Positions 28,665 to 40,624 of a stretch of DNA of 64,000 nt are shown one piece after another (position 1 is the stretch's first letter; each line of letters begins with the position of its first letter). Made by a program: the position numbers and the translations under genes. Under the pieces are notes generated by a model. That model saw only the letters and a program-made list of their open reading frames with translations, had not been told where the DNA came from and ran no database searches. Source of the DNA: Octopus sinensis (Eukaryota); NCBI RefSeq assembly GCF_006345805.1, contig NC_043010.1, positions 23,126,001 to 23,190,000 on the forward strand, given 5' to 3'.

Positions 28665-28703
<39 letters not shown>

Positions 28704-28724
28704 CTGAGAATGTTTGTCTGTCTT

Positions 28725-28806
<82 letters not shown>

Positions 28807-29389
28807 TAGATATTGGTTGTTCTGTTCCGTTATTTGTGGGATCAGCAAAAGTTGAACTCCGTCCAGTGGGAAAAAAGTTGCGTTTACTCAACGCAGGGTT
28901 TAAATGCCGGCTGCTCTAAGTATCCTGTCTCTGATAATACAATTGTCGGCCATGTTTGTATCGTATGCGGCGTTCTATCGAACAATCATCCTCCCTCAAA
29001 ATACAACATTATTGTTCTTCGAGAAAAAGCGGGAATGATCGTGAGAAAAAATAAATGAAAAATGGAAAGAGAAAAATATAATAAAGCGAAGAGATGTTAG
29101 AGTTGTATCCCTTTGACCGGTTAAAATGTTACTTAACACTGGTTACTGTTGATAATTCAACAGGGAAAGATTAAAGTTTGATTAAAGTATGCTTTAACTA
29201 GAAAGGGATATGTTTAACAGTCCTGAAAATATCTCCGATCTAGAAACCATCATGGTGGGAATTGAAGAAAATGTGGCTTATTTGCTTAGACGTTAACTGA
29301 AGGTGGCTGGGAGTGAAATGCGAAATATAGAATTGTGTGTACAAGAATAAAATATCACCAACGGATTTGAAATCCTCACCTCAACTTTA

Positions 29390-29495
29390 ATGGCTCGCCA
29401 AAGATCTTTATTTACTGCAGTAATCCTTCTTACTTTATTGTTTGGCTACCCACACACACTACGCATATTAAACCCTAGGAATAAATGGAGGCGAG
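29390..29495 (+). CDS. Candidate first coding exon with a signal peptide/anchor (MARQRSLFTAVILLTLLFGYPHTLRILNPRNKWRR), unidentified gene
   Basis: ATG, basic n-region, hydrophobic core, G|GTAAAC donor (phase 1). No homology recognised. Confidence 0.3.
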
Positions 29496-30279
29496 GTAAA
29501 CAGTCGCCACTCAACATTAAAAAAACCCTGTCGTAGTTTGTTGTTTCTCTTTGTATGTCTTGAATTTAATCCAAACAATATTTGACATCTTTCAGTCTCT
29601 AAAAACGTATGTTGGTTGCTTTATAGTATTGTTAGAGAATAATTTTAAACATGAGAATCAAAACTTACAAAAGTTGTACAGTTCCCCGTCTTGTCTTTCG
29701 TTTGTGGTAAAGTTTAAAAAAATCCCTTTTGTTAAATGGAGGTAAACTGTGAGCCTGGGCGCCTAACGTAGTTTAGACAAGCTTACGAACTAATGATGTT
29801 CCTTCATTGTTTTTCATTCATATTATGTTACATTTAAAATCTTAAATAATGTTCACGTGTATATCTTTTATTTTATTCTATTTTATTGCTTTATTAGGAT
29901 ATTTAAGAGAAGAAACATGGCGTTTCATTAAAAATCACTCCCAAATATTAAGAAATAAAAAGCAGAATTCACACCTCCTTTCCCTTTCCCTAACTAACAA
30001 GTTTAGATGATAATTAATGCTGGGCGTACTTTTTTTTCTTTTTTTTTTTTAGAAAATCAAATCTCGTGAAAGGAGGGGGAAACATTTTGGTAAAAAAATA
30101 ATTTTAAAATGTGATAGCAAAAAAGACGATAAATACATAGAAGAATTAAGGAAAATTATCAAAGATTCTTTTAGTTGCTGCTGGTGACAGGAGCAGGTGT
30201 ATTGTGTTTGTCTCTGCCTAAAAGTTGTCGCCTGAGAATTGAATGCAAGAAATTTGAATGATGCTATTTTGAAAAACAG

Positions 30280-30348
30280 GCGTCAATGGAACAAAAAGAA
30301 TGAGGTCAAGAAGAATATTTAGACGAAACAACGAACTAATCTATAATG
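30280..30348 (+). CDS. Candidate 69-nt phase 1-1 exon (GVNGTKRMRSRRIFRRNNELIYN)
   Basis: CAG acceptor, G|GTAAGG donor, open and frame-compatible with the 29390 exon. Confidence 0.28.
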
Positions 30349-30674
30349 GTAAGGTGCTATGAATAAAGGAAGAATGTTTGAAAGAAGATAACAATGGATT
30401 GTGAGAGACTGAAATTATAGGAACTAAACTTTTAATGTCTTAATTAAATAATGCCTAAGTGTATTTTTAAGAAGTTCTAGGAAATATGAGTTCGTGAAGA
30501 ACAAATGATTTAAACAGCGAATATCTTCATTTATATTTGGCTATCATGAAATAGGGTAAGATTTCAGCAAGTTGAAATGGTTGGTTATCTGAGATAAACT
30601 CTGATTGATCAAACTTTACCAAAACGTTCCAACCGTGACCATCTCGAACTTTTATAAGGAGTAATGCATGTGAG

Positions 30675-30885
30675 ATTGGCGGCGAGCAGGCAGAATCGGT
30701 AGCACGCCGGACGAAATGCTTGGTAGCTTTTCGTCCGCCTTTACGTTCTGAGTTCTAAGTCCGTCGAGGCCGACTTTGCATTTCTTTGTTTCGGGGTCGA
30801 TAAAATAAGTACAAGTTGCTTACTGGGGTCGGTGTAATCAACGTAACTTCCCAAAATTTCAGGCCTTGTGCGCAGAGTAGTAAGG
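30675..30885 (+). mobile_element. SINE family B
   Basis: Family head and central domain. Confidence 0.75.
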
Positions 30886-30892
30886 ATTATAC

Positions 30893-31150
30893 AGTGGTTC
30901 TCAATGAGGGTCTATATGATGTCTAAGGGTCCATATAAGGTTTAGTGGTTAAAAATTAAGTTCAATAAATTGAGGATACTTCTATATTACGCAAAATATT
31001 TTAAGAACTTTTATAGACAATTCCGAATAATATTTAGCTAAAAAAATATAATGGGATCCTTTTTAAAACACCTGAATGTCTAGAAGGGTCTAGTAGAGTA
31101 AAATAGGAATTAAAGGGTTCCACAGGCAAAACATGGTTGAGACAAGCACA
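30893..31150. mobile_element. Possible hAT-type MITE
   Basis: CAGTGGTTCTCAA at the left end and GTTGAGA..AGCAC at the right end. Confidence 0.3.
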
Positions 31151-31439
31151 GAAATATATCAATGAGTAACATTTGGAACACGGTTTTCACTGTTAGAAAT
31201 GGAAAGTTTGATGAGCATTGTGAGATTCGCATGAACCCGATGCAATAATTTCGCATTTCTCTCAATTTGTGCTCATTCATTCATGATGCGTTCCTTCATA
31301 TGAATCAAATTCGAGATTTATTGAATACAGCTTCTTCTTCAGCATCACACTGAAAAAGAAGTCAAGGGGACTAATATTTGATGGACGTGGAACCCATTCC
31401 ACAAGAATAGGAGGAGGGGGTGGAGGGGAGACCCCCTTC

Positions 31440-31765
31440 GGTCATGAATGACCATGAGATTGCACCTAGAAAGTTACCCTCCGAGGCACAAGTCAGGGCA
31501 AGATTGTTTGTGGAAGGCTAGCAGTTACCCATGCACATCAGCCTCTCGTCTCCACGCCACTGATGTTATCCAAGGGAAAGGCAAAGGGGCCGATACAGCT
31601 TGGCACAATTGATGTCTCAACTCATATCTACAGCTGAATTAACTGGAGCAACGTGAAATAAAGCGTGTTGCTCAAGAACACAACACACAGCCCCGTCCGG
31701 GAATCGAAGTCACAACCTCACGATCGTAAGCCCCTACGCTCTAACCACTAAGCCATGCGCCTTCA
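31440..31765 (-). mobile_element. tRNA-derived SINE (family C-like head, distinct tail)
   Basis: Head GGCGCATGGCTTAGTGGTTAGAGC...TTCGATTCCCGG on the minus strand. Confidence 0.65.
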
Positions 31766-31927
31766 CATATCGCTAATACAAGAATATTAGCGATGTTATC
31801 CATGTTTCCAGACTTGATGTTCACTCTGTACTTCACATTTGTGACAGTAAAGTATATCTGCGATAGAGGATAGCAATTTCCTTCGCATACAAAGATGTTG
31901 AAAGCGTATTAAATATTAAACGCTTAG

Positions 31928-32029
31928 GAAATATAGTTTTGGAAGTGTTCTGCGTTGGTTGAAGGGATCCCATAGCGATTATTACGTAATCCATGCTCAC
32001 AACGTAACAGATAATGTTGTCGGTGATAT
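31928..32029 (+). CDS. Candidate 102-nt phase 2-2 exon (KYSFGSVLRWLKGSHSDYYVIHAHNVTDNVVGD)
   Basis: TAG acceptor, AT|GTAAGA donor, open non-repetitive frame. Confidence 0.3.
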
Positions 32030-32063
32030 GTAAGAATAAGAAGTTTCCTGGGGAACACAGAGC

Positions 32064-32120
<57 letters not shown>

Positions 32121-32433
32121 ACAATGGATAGTTACATGAAGATGTGTTGTCGTAGGAAAAAGGAAAAGACGCGCTCACAATAACATTCAGAGATATCTCA
32201 GTTGATATTGAACCTAAGAAATGAAGAAAGAAAATACAAAATTAGATTATAAACAGTTGTTCTGTGGACTGGACGATATGACATAGATAAATGGGAACAC
32301 ACACACACACGGAGACACGCACATGCAGACATCCGCACACATGCAGACACATGCACATACACACACGAAGGTTTGCCTATAGAATACTCATACACTGCAT
32401 ATGCTTATTCACATACATGCTTATAGCATGCTT

Positions 32434-32471
<38 letters not shown>

Positions 32472-33003
32472 GCATATATATATACATACACCCACACACA
32501 CAAATTTGTATAAGCATGCACAGATACTCACATATATGTGTAACCACAAAACATCTAACTCTCTCCCTCTCTCTCTCTCCCTCTCTATCTATCTATCTAT
32601 CGATCTATTGATCTACCTATTCGCATGCATGTATACATATATCAAAATACAAACATAGAGTCTATGTGTGCGAGTAAATAGGGGATGTGCATGCATATAT
32701 ATATGTGTGTGTGTGTGTGTATGTGTGTATTATATTATATATATATATATTATATATATATATATAATATATATATATATATGTACATATATATGTATAA
32801 CATACGTATATACATATAAAAGTATACATATATATATATGCATTTGTATATATATATGTGTGTGTGTATATATATATATGTATTGGAAGGTTTGGAGATG
32901 ATGTACAGGTATTATATATTAGAAGAAATGAGGTAATCAGAAGATCGGATGGTTTATATTTACAGATATTTATTTATATATGTATATATGTATGTACGTA
33001 CTT

Positions 33004-33050
<47 letters not shown>

Positions 33051-33711
33051 CGCGTGTGTGCATGCATATGTGTATGTCTGTGTATCTGCATATGTGTGTG
33101 TGTGTTGTGTTTGCCTGTACACGCTTGTCTATAAGTTTGAGGGCAGAGTAATGCATGGCCTGCGTTACGATAATCATCCTCAACTGCTATTTCTGTGTTG
33201 ACTCCCTGTTAATATGATTTACGAGGAGTCAAGGTCAAACGATATAAATAGCAGCAAATATCGATGATTTGACCTTGAACAGAAAAATTGTGATTACAAA
33301 ATTATAAACGTTATGGCCAAAGGTGGTACCATTCATGGATCTTCTACTGAATAGAATCGGACGTTTACGACCACACATTTAATATATTAATTTTCAGTGA
33401 GTGATGGAGTATAATATCAGCGGATTCTCACAAAAACCGATTTGCCTGGATTATAAACAGGAGTTGGGTACTTAACAGAATTAAAGTTTTCGTTTTTGTA
33501 TATTTTCATGTTAGAAGCCATACACAGAGTAACGCTGCTGTGATTTCTGTAGGATAAATACGTGTCGTTAACTGTAAGGTCGTTACTATGTAATGATTTA
33601 TGTTTCGAGGCTTTTACTCATAAGAACTTAATTCACATACATATATATATATATGTGTATGAATATACATACATGAATACACGCTAAAACACTTCAACAG
33701 TGACACATATA

Positions 33712-33753
<42 letters not shown>

Positions 33754-33946
33754 AGAGGAAAAATTATAAGGCAGAATGCTAAATTGAAAGTAAATTTTAA
33801 TAAAAATGGGTGTATGAAAAATTGAAAAAGAAAAAGTTATAAATCAAATCGGTTTTCATTGCAAGGCAAATTTTCAATATTTGGAAAGGGAAAATAATTT
33901 TTTTTTTAAATTGAGGAAGGGGAAAAAAATTAACAATGGTTTTGTC

Positions 33947-33993
<47 letters not shown>

Positions 33994-34305
33994 CGTGTGT
34001 GTGTGTGTGTGTGTGTATATACCTATCTGTCGTTTTGAGATCACCAACACTTTATTATCTCCCCTTCTTCCTAGCTCTCCTATCTAACTATATTTGTCCA
34101 GCCAGTCGCCATGATTGACCGCTAACTCCAAAAGTTTTATTTTTATTCTCTGTTTATTTCCTCGTGTTCCTCTCTGTTGAAAAGCGTAGTCTCGAAACAT
34201 AAAAGACTTTCTCACCTCTCCTAGTGTCAAACTATACACCTTCTTTTTGTTTATACACCGGCATTCGTCTTTTGTTTTTCTGTAAATTTCAACAATATTA
34301 TAATA

Positions 34306-34347
<42 letters not shown>

Positions 34348-34366
34348 ATATATTATATATATATAT

Positions 34367-34422
<56 letters not shown>

Positions 34423-34954
34423 TTAATATATGTATTTATATATGTATACACACATAGACACAACGCGCACATATTAGATAGATGTGGTTAAACAAAAGCT
34501 TATATTAAAGTTCGTATGCATGATTCAGCATTATGGTTGTTTGGAGCCGTGTGCTGGAGGTTCCAAGTACATTGAGAAGCTAAACTACAACGATCAAAAG
34601 AGAAAACTTATATCACATTAGGTTCCTGATAACTACATCTGTAATTTCATGTAATAAAGCGTTCCCCGATGATCCTTTATGGTTGAGCATCCAAATGCAC
34701 TTGGACCGCAAGTGGCAAGGCTCCACAAAACTATAAAGGTGAGAAGCGCGTAGGAAGCAGAAAAGGAAGTTGTGTTTGTCCTTATTTCGCCACATTGATC
34801 TATTGTTGATGACTAGTAATGCTAATCGGAATAGAAGATATTCAACAACCATACACGAAGCGAACTTGCTTATGATGATCTACATGGAGATCTAAAGCAG
34901 TCGTAGATCCATTTGTGTGTGTGTGTGTTGTGGGGGGTGATGCTTCAGGCATTG

Positions 34955-35334
34955 GATTGCGTCCATGCTGCAGCAACTCCTCTAAGGGCTTAGTCGAATG
35001 AATCGAACCCAGCACTTATTTTTCTACGTGTGACGCTTATTCTATTGGTTATTCGGTCGAACTGTTAGATTACTTGAACGTAACCATACCAGCACCGGTT
35101 GTCAAGCGGTGGTGGTGAAAAAACACACGTACAAACACACACATACACACACGCATACACAAATGCATATATGACGGGTTTCTTTCAGTTTTCGTCAACA
35201 AAATCCACTCACAAGGCCTTGGCTGGTCCGAGGCTATAGTAGAAGACATTAACCCAAGGCGCTTTGCTGTGGGTCTGAACCCGGAATCATGTGTTTGGGA
35301 AGAAAACTTGTAACCACTCAGTCACACCTGCGCT
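34955..35334 (-). mobile_element. SINE family A, diverged
   Basis: Reverse-complement similarity to the 51452 copy. Confidence 0.7.
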
Positions 35335-35399
35335 TATGTGTTTGCGTGTGTGGTGTGTGTGTGTGTATGTATGTGTGTGTGTGTGTGTGTTTGTTTGTG

Positions 35400-35434
<35 letters not shown>

Positions 35435-35559
35435 GTGTTGTGTGTGTGTGTGGTGTCTGTGTTGTGTGTGTGTGTGTGTGTGTGGTGTGTGTGTGTGCGT
35501 GTGCGTGTGTGTCTGCGTAGAATTCTCAAATTGAATCACGCTTAAGTGAACTTTGCTTT

Positions 35560-35885
35560 CAATCCCAAATTAATACCAGTTGGGAGATGTTGTTTGTTCC
35601 TTCTCGAGCCACGCCTGACTCATAAGGGCCGGTTTCCCGGTTTCCTTGGCGTATAGGTTCCCCACCTGGACGGGACGCCGGTCCGTCGCAGGTGAGCTGC
35701 AAGATGCAGGAGGAAAGAGTGAGAGAAAGTTGTGGCGAAAGATTCAGCAGAAGTTTGCCATTACCTTCTGCCGGTGCCGCGTGGAACTTAGGTGTTTCCC
35801 TCATAAACACACACATTGCCCAATCTGAGATTCGAACCCGCGGTCCCTCGACCGCAAGTCCGCTGCTCTAGCCACTAGGCCATGT
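35560..35885 (-). mobile_element. tRNA-derived SINE family D, tail type 2 (headless + copy at about 21255-21480)
   Basis: Same central block as the 25325 copy but a different 3' segment. Confidence 0.7.
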
Positions 35886-37127
35886 GCTGACATCGATGGG
35901 AGCTGACTTCGATGAAACTGACTCCCACCCATTCCCTACAAAATTGCTGGCCTTGACCCAATGTTTGAAACCATTTATAGGCAAGGAGCTGGCAGAATCG
36001 TTGCTGCAAACGGCAAAATGCTTAGCACCATTTCTGAGTGTAAAGTAGGAGACCAGTTGGTACACGATGGGACTGAAACAGGTACCATGTGCTTGGGAAG
36101 CAAGCGTCTTACCACACAGCTACGCCTGCACCTATACATGGATATATATTTCGTAGTGTTTAGATTGCAGCATGTCCCGTAGTTTCAATCAGGGCCGCTT
36201 ATATTTGTTAAGGATCTTATATTTTTGAATGTTTTTCTTTCTCCTTTTATTTATTTATTTGTTTTGTTTTGATAGATATTTTCCTGTCTGCGGGACATAA
36301 CTCATCAATCATAAATCAGGTTTTGTTTTCGGCCTATTTCTGACAACATATTTAGACAGCTAGTATAACTGTCTTACCACTAATCCAGTAGAAGCAGCAG
36401 CAACAGCAGCTGCAGCAACGAGCAACTTAATACGATTTTAGTTACGTTGTATGTCTATCTCATTAGCAACCACAGATTTCTCATGCACTGCATAATACAT
36501 AATTACATAAATACATAAATACATACATACATACATACATACATATGTACGTATAGGCAGACGCACACACACATATTCATATATATATATATATATATGA
36601 ATATGTATGTGTGTGTATATATATATAAATATATAAGTATATATATAATATACATTTATATTCATTTATTCATTATATATCTTTCTATATATATATATAC
36701 ACACGTACGCACATATTTATATATAATATAATGTATATCATATACATAATATTATATATATATATATTATTATATATATATAATATATATATATATATTA
36801 TATATACTATATATAATGTATATATATATAAATATATACACATACATACATATCTCCAACGATCGCATCTAAAGACTTTACCACACACGCTATCTCACCT
36901 TTTTTTGAAGATGGCATTAAGAAGAACTTGAAACGTTGATGAGAAATTTGCGAAATTTAGGTTCTTCCACAAACTACAAAGAGATCCTACCAAAATACGG
37001 TGGAACCAATATGAAAGTGATGAGACCGGAATTGAAGGTTTCCATAACAAGTCATGTACAGAAAGGTTAAAACGATCGTTGTGAGCAATAGTTTCTCGTA
37101 CAATCTATTTTCCGTCCCTATCATTTG

Positions 37128-37158
<31 letters not shown>

Positions 37159-37461
37159 CATACATACATACATACATACATACATACATACTTACATACA
37201 TACACACATACATACATACATACATACATACATACATACTTACATACATACACACATACATACATACATACATGCATACATACATACATACATACATACA
37301 TACATACATACATGTATATATATACATATATATATATATATATCATATATATATATAGTATTATTTTTTATTGTTGTTGTTGTTGTTATTTTATTTTTAT
37401 TATCATCATCGTCATCACATCATCATCATCACCACCTCCCACCAGTACCATCACTACCACC

Positions 37462-37495
<34 letters not shown>

Positions 37496-37655
37496 ACGAC
37501 AACAACATCCTGTAAACAACGTGTTAATACGGAAAGAATGTATTCCTTTGTTTCGAGCTGATGATTGTCCTGTATTATATATGCATATCTTCTTTGCCGT
37601 TTTTCATTGTTAATATTTTACATTTACATTGCTTTTCATTCTGTTCCTCTGATAG

Positions 37656-37732
37656 ATACTTTCCTGTCTACAGGACACAGACCATCAATCACAACACTTG
37701 TTTTGTTTTTAGGGCCATTTCTGACAACATAG
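37656..37732 (+). CDS. Candidate terminal exon with a hydrophobic, GPI-signal-like C-terminus (DTFLSTGHRPSITTLVLFLGPFLTT*)
   Basis: Long pyrimidine tract plus TAG acceptor; a paralogous copy lies at 36276-36343. Confidence 0.3.
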
Positions 37733-38165
37733 ATATTAAGGCACCTAGCTTAACTGAGTAGCCACTGGGCCACCAACGAGAACGTCAGCATAATGTAATA
37801 TTAACGATATTACTTGTATCACATTTGCAACATGAGATTTATCATGATGCAGGTATATAGATGCAAATTTCCTTCTTAAGATTTAAGCGAAGCACATTTA
37901 GAGAGGAAACAACACACGCTAACATAATTTTGCATTCAGATGACTGGATATGTTGATGGTTTACAAATATTGATGATTTATCTGGAGACTTCAAATTCAT
38001 GTTACTTATACAGTATGTCTAAAAGTAAGGCTGTTCCTGAGACGCATTCAGGCCCACTGCAAAATATATACAAACGCATCTATCCATCCATCCATCCATC
38101 CATACATACATACATATATATATATACATTGTCTATTTTCATAAAGCTTCCCGTTATATATACAT

Positions 38166-38192
<27 letters not shown>

Positions 38193-38202
<10 letters not shown>

Positions 38203-38698
38203 AAACTGTAGTTGTGTGAGTGTCTGTCCCCTTCGATTTAGATTCCTAACTACTTCCACATTTTGCGGTGCAGTTTAACCAAATTCGGGTATCTCATAGT
38301 CGTGATTCATATCGAGCCCGTCTGGCTATTAGCGCGCGTCTACGATGAGTCTACGATTTTAAAAATAATTTAACATCATTTTTTATTCCATTTTAATGCA
38401 TAATTTTTCGTGTGTCGATGGCGGCGGAGTTGGCGTCCATGATCACACCTGCACCTGTTTGCTTCCCCCTTCTTCCTCCCTCGTGAAGCGTGGGGAAGGG
38501 AGTTTAAAGAATGAACGTCGTAAAGCGTTGTCAAGGAGCCAGCGTTCTTTTAGAACAACGAATTCATGGCTTGAAGACACCAAAACAGAAATGGGTAAGG
38601 AAGCCCAAATTGGCATCTATAAGGGAAGTAACTCTCTAAAAATGCTTATATAGTTACAAACCCGAGCAACGCCGAGCAACGCCGGGCGATACTGCTAG
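38193..38698 (+). mobile_element. Non-autonomous Helitron-like element, copy 1
   Basis: 3' hairpin CCCGAGCAACGCC(GAGCAACGCC)GGG followed by CTAG|T; tandem with copy 2. Confidence 0.65.
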
Positions 38699-39094
38699 TA
38701 TATATATAAAAGTGAGGTTGTGTGGTGTCTGTCTCCTACGATTTAGATTCCTAACTACTCCCACATTTTGCGGTGTAGTTTAACCAAAAGCGGTTATCTT
38801 ATAGTCGTGATTCATATCGAGCCCTTCTGGGTATTAGCGCGCGTCTACGATGAGTCTACGATTAAAAAAAAATTACCATCATTTTCCCCAATTTTAATGC
38901 ATGTTTTTGCTATTATATAAGGGGAGTAACTTTCTAAAAATGTATTATTAAATCTCAGAACGTAAAAAGCTACAGTAACACCCCCCACCTTTGTGGTTAG
39001 CCATATTGAGATGGCTATTATACTTTACATCTCTAAAAATGCTTATATAGTTAATTCCCTTTACAAACCCGAGCAACGCCGGGCGATACTGCTA

Positions 39095-39095
<1 letters not shown>
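38699..39095 (+). mobile_element. Non-autonomous Helitron-like element, copy 2
   Basis: 5' about 200 bp homologous to copy 1; ends CCCGAGCAACGCCGGGCGATACTGCTAG|T. Confidence 0.65.
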
Positions 39096-39191
<96 letters not shown>

Positions 39192-39294
39192 TCACTAAAG
39201 TGACAGAGGGTACGAAGTGGTACCAGCATTGCTAGAAATAAGAGTCACAATGACGCATTAGCCACAAGAGCACTATCTAAATAACGATATTGCG

Positions 39295-39505
39295 GTGTGC
39301 TGGCAGAAATGTTAGCTTGCTGGGCGAAATGCTTAGCGGTATTTCGTCTGCTGTTACGTTCTGAGTTCAAATTCCGCCGAGGTTGACTTTGCCTTTACTT
39401 CTTTCTGGATCGATAAATTAAGTACCAGTTGCGCACTGGGGTTGATCTAATCGACTGGCCCCCTCCCCTAAAATTTCGGGCCTTGTGCCTAGAGTGGAAA
39501 AGGAC
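39295..39505 (+). mobile_element. SINE family B
   Basis: Family head and central domain. Confidence 0.8.
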
Positions 39506-40223
39506 ATTTGGTTACGAAACCTTAACATTTATTCTGTGTCATGTAACAGCATGAAGCACAATGTCCCTTCTGTCTCCCATGTTGCATGACTAACTTCTAA
39601 TTACCTTTGGCTCTACTTCTTTTGCCCTGATCTATCGCTATTAACCAGGATACAAAAGAAAAGCTACCCATATTTTACACGGCTGTTATTACGATGCTAT
39701 CGACGCTAAGCAAATGGTTATGGTATCGTCATGAAGCTAACGGTTTATTGTATTGCATTTAGTCATTATCATGGTTTGAACAGCGTTACACCAAGTGTTC
39801 GCTGTCGAAACGTTTGTAAAACCTATAAAATGTAGGAATGTTGTTGCTGTACCCTGCGTATCTTGAACGTGAGCCCGTGATCCTATCGATCACTAATCAA
39901 TTATAATTCATTAACCAAATATTTGACATTGTCATTATTCAACTATTAAATCGACCATCTATCTATTCAATTAATCTATTAATTACACGTTTATCTATTT
40001 ATTTATTCATTACAGAAACGTCGGTTTAATTGGTTCTATATTTTCAGCACTCTACATTTTAATGATTCTTAATAAATACGCCCTTTCGAAATCTCCTCCT
40101 ACATATGCCATGTACTCCACTTCCAATATTGTTGGTTTTATTCAACCATAGTTCACACCATCTTGATATTTGTTAGCAATCATAATTTTATCATATCCTA
40201 CGGCGTAAATGTTACTTGTGTGC

Positions 40224-40326
<103 letters not shown>

Positions 40327-40441
40327 TATATTCCTGTATGAGTTAGAGATTGAATTAATAGACATACTGAAATGTTTACCGGCTGCTGTCTGTCGAATTT
40401 ATATCCTCTCCGTTTTCTTATTTGCTATACACACACACATA

Positions 40442-40548
<107 letters not shown>

Positions 40549-40586
40549 TATATACATATGTATATGTACACATTTACATCTATTCG

Positions 40587-40620
<34 letters not shown>

Positions 40621-40624
<4 letters not shown>

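Larger units (their letters stand above)
25722..28670 (+). mobile_element. Penelope-like/retrozyme-like non-coding element with a ~1.38-kb upstream inverted copy, forming a ~2.78-kb palindrome
   Basis: Arms 25722-27106 and 27120-28501 are near-perfect reverse complements with a 13-bp spacer. The right arm continues about 170 bp further to (TA)n. Each arm carries an HHR. Confidence 0.75.

Noticed and set aside
35820-35885. tRNA genes (also 25560-25637, 31690-31765, 56330-56405)
   Set aside because: A/B boxes are present, but the cloverleaf is incomplete and each continues into a SINE body.
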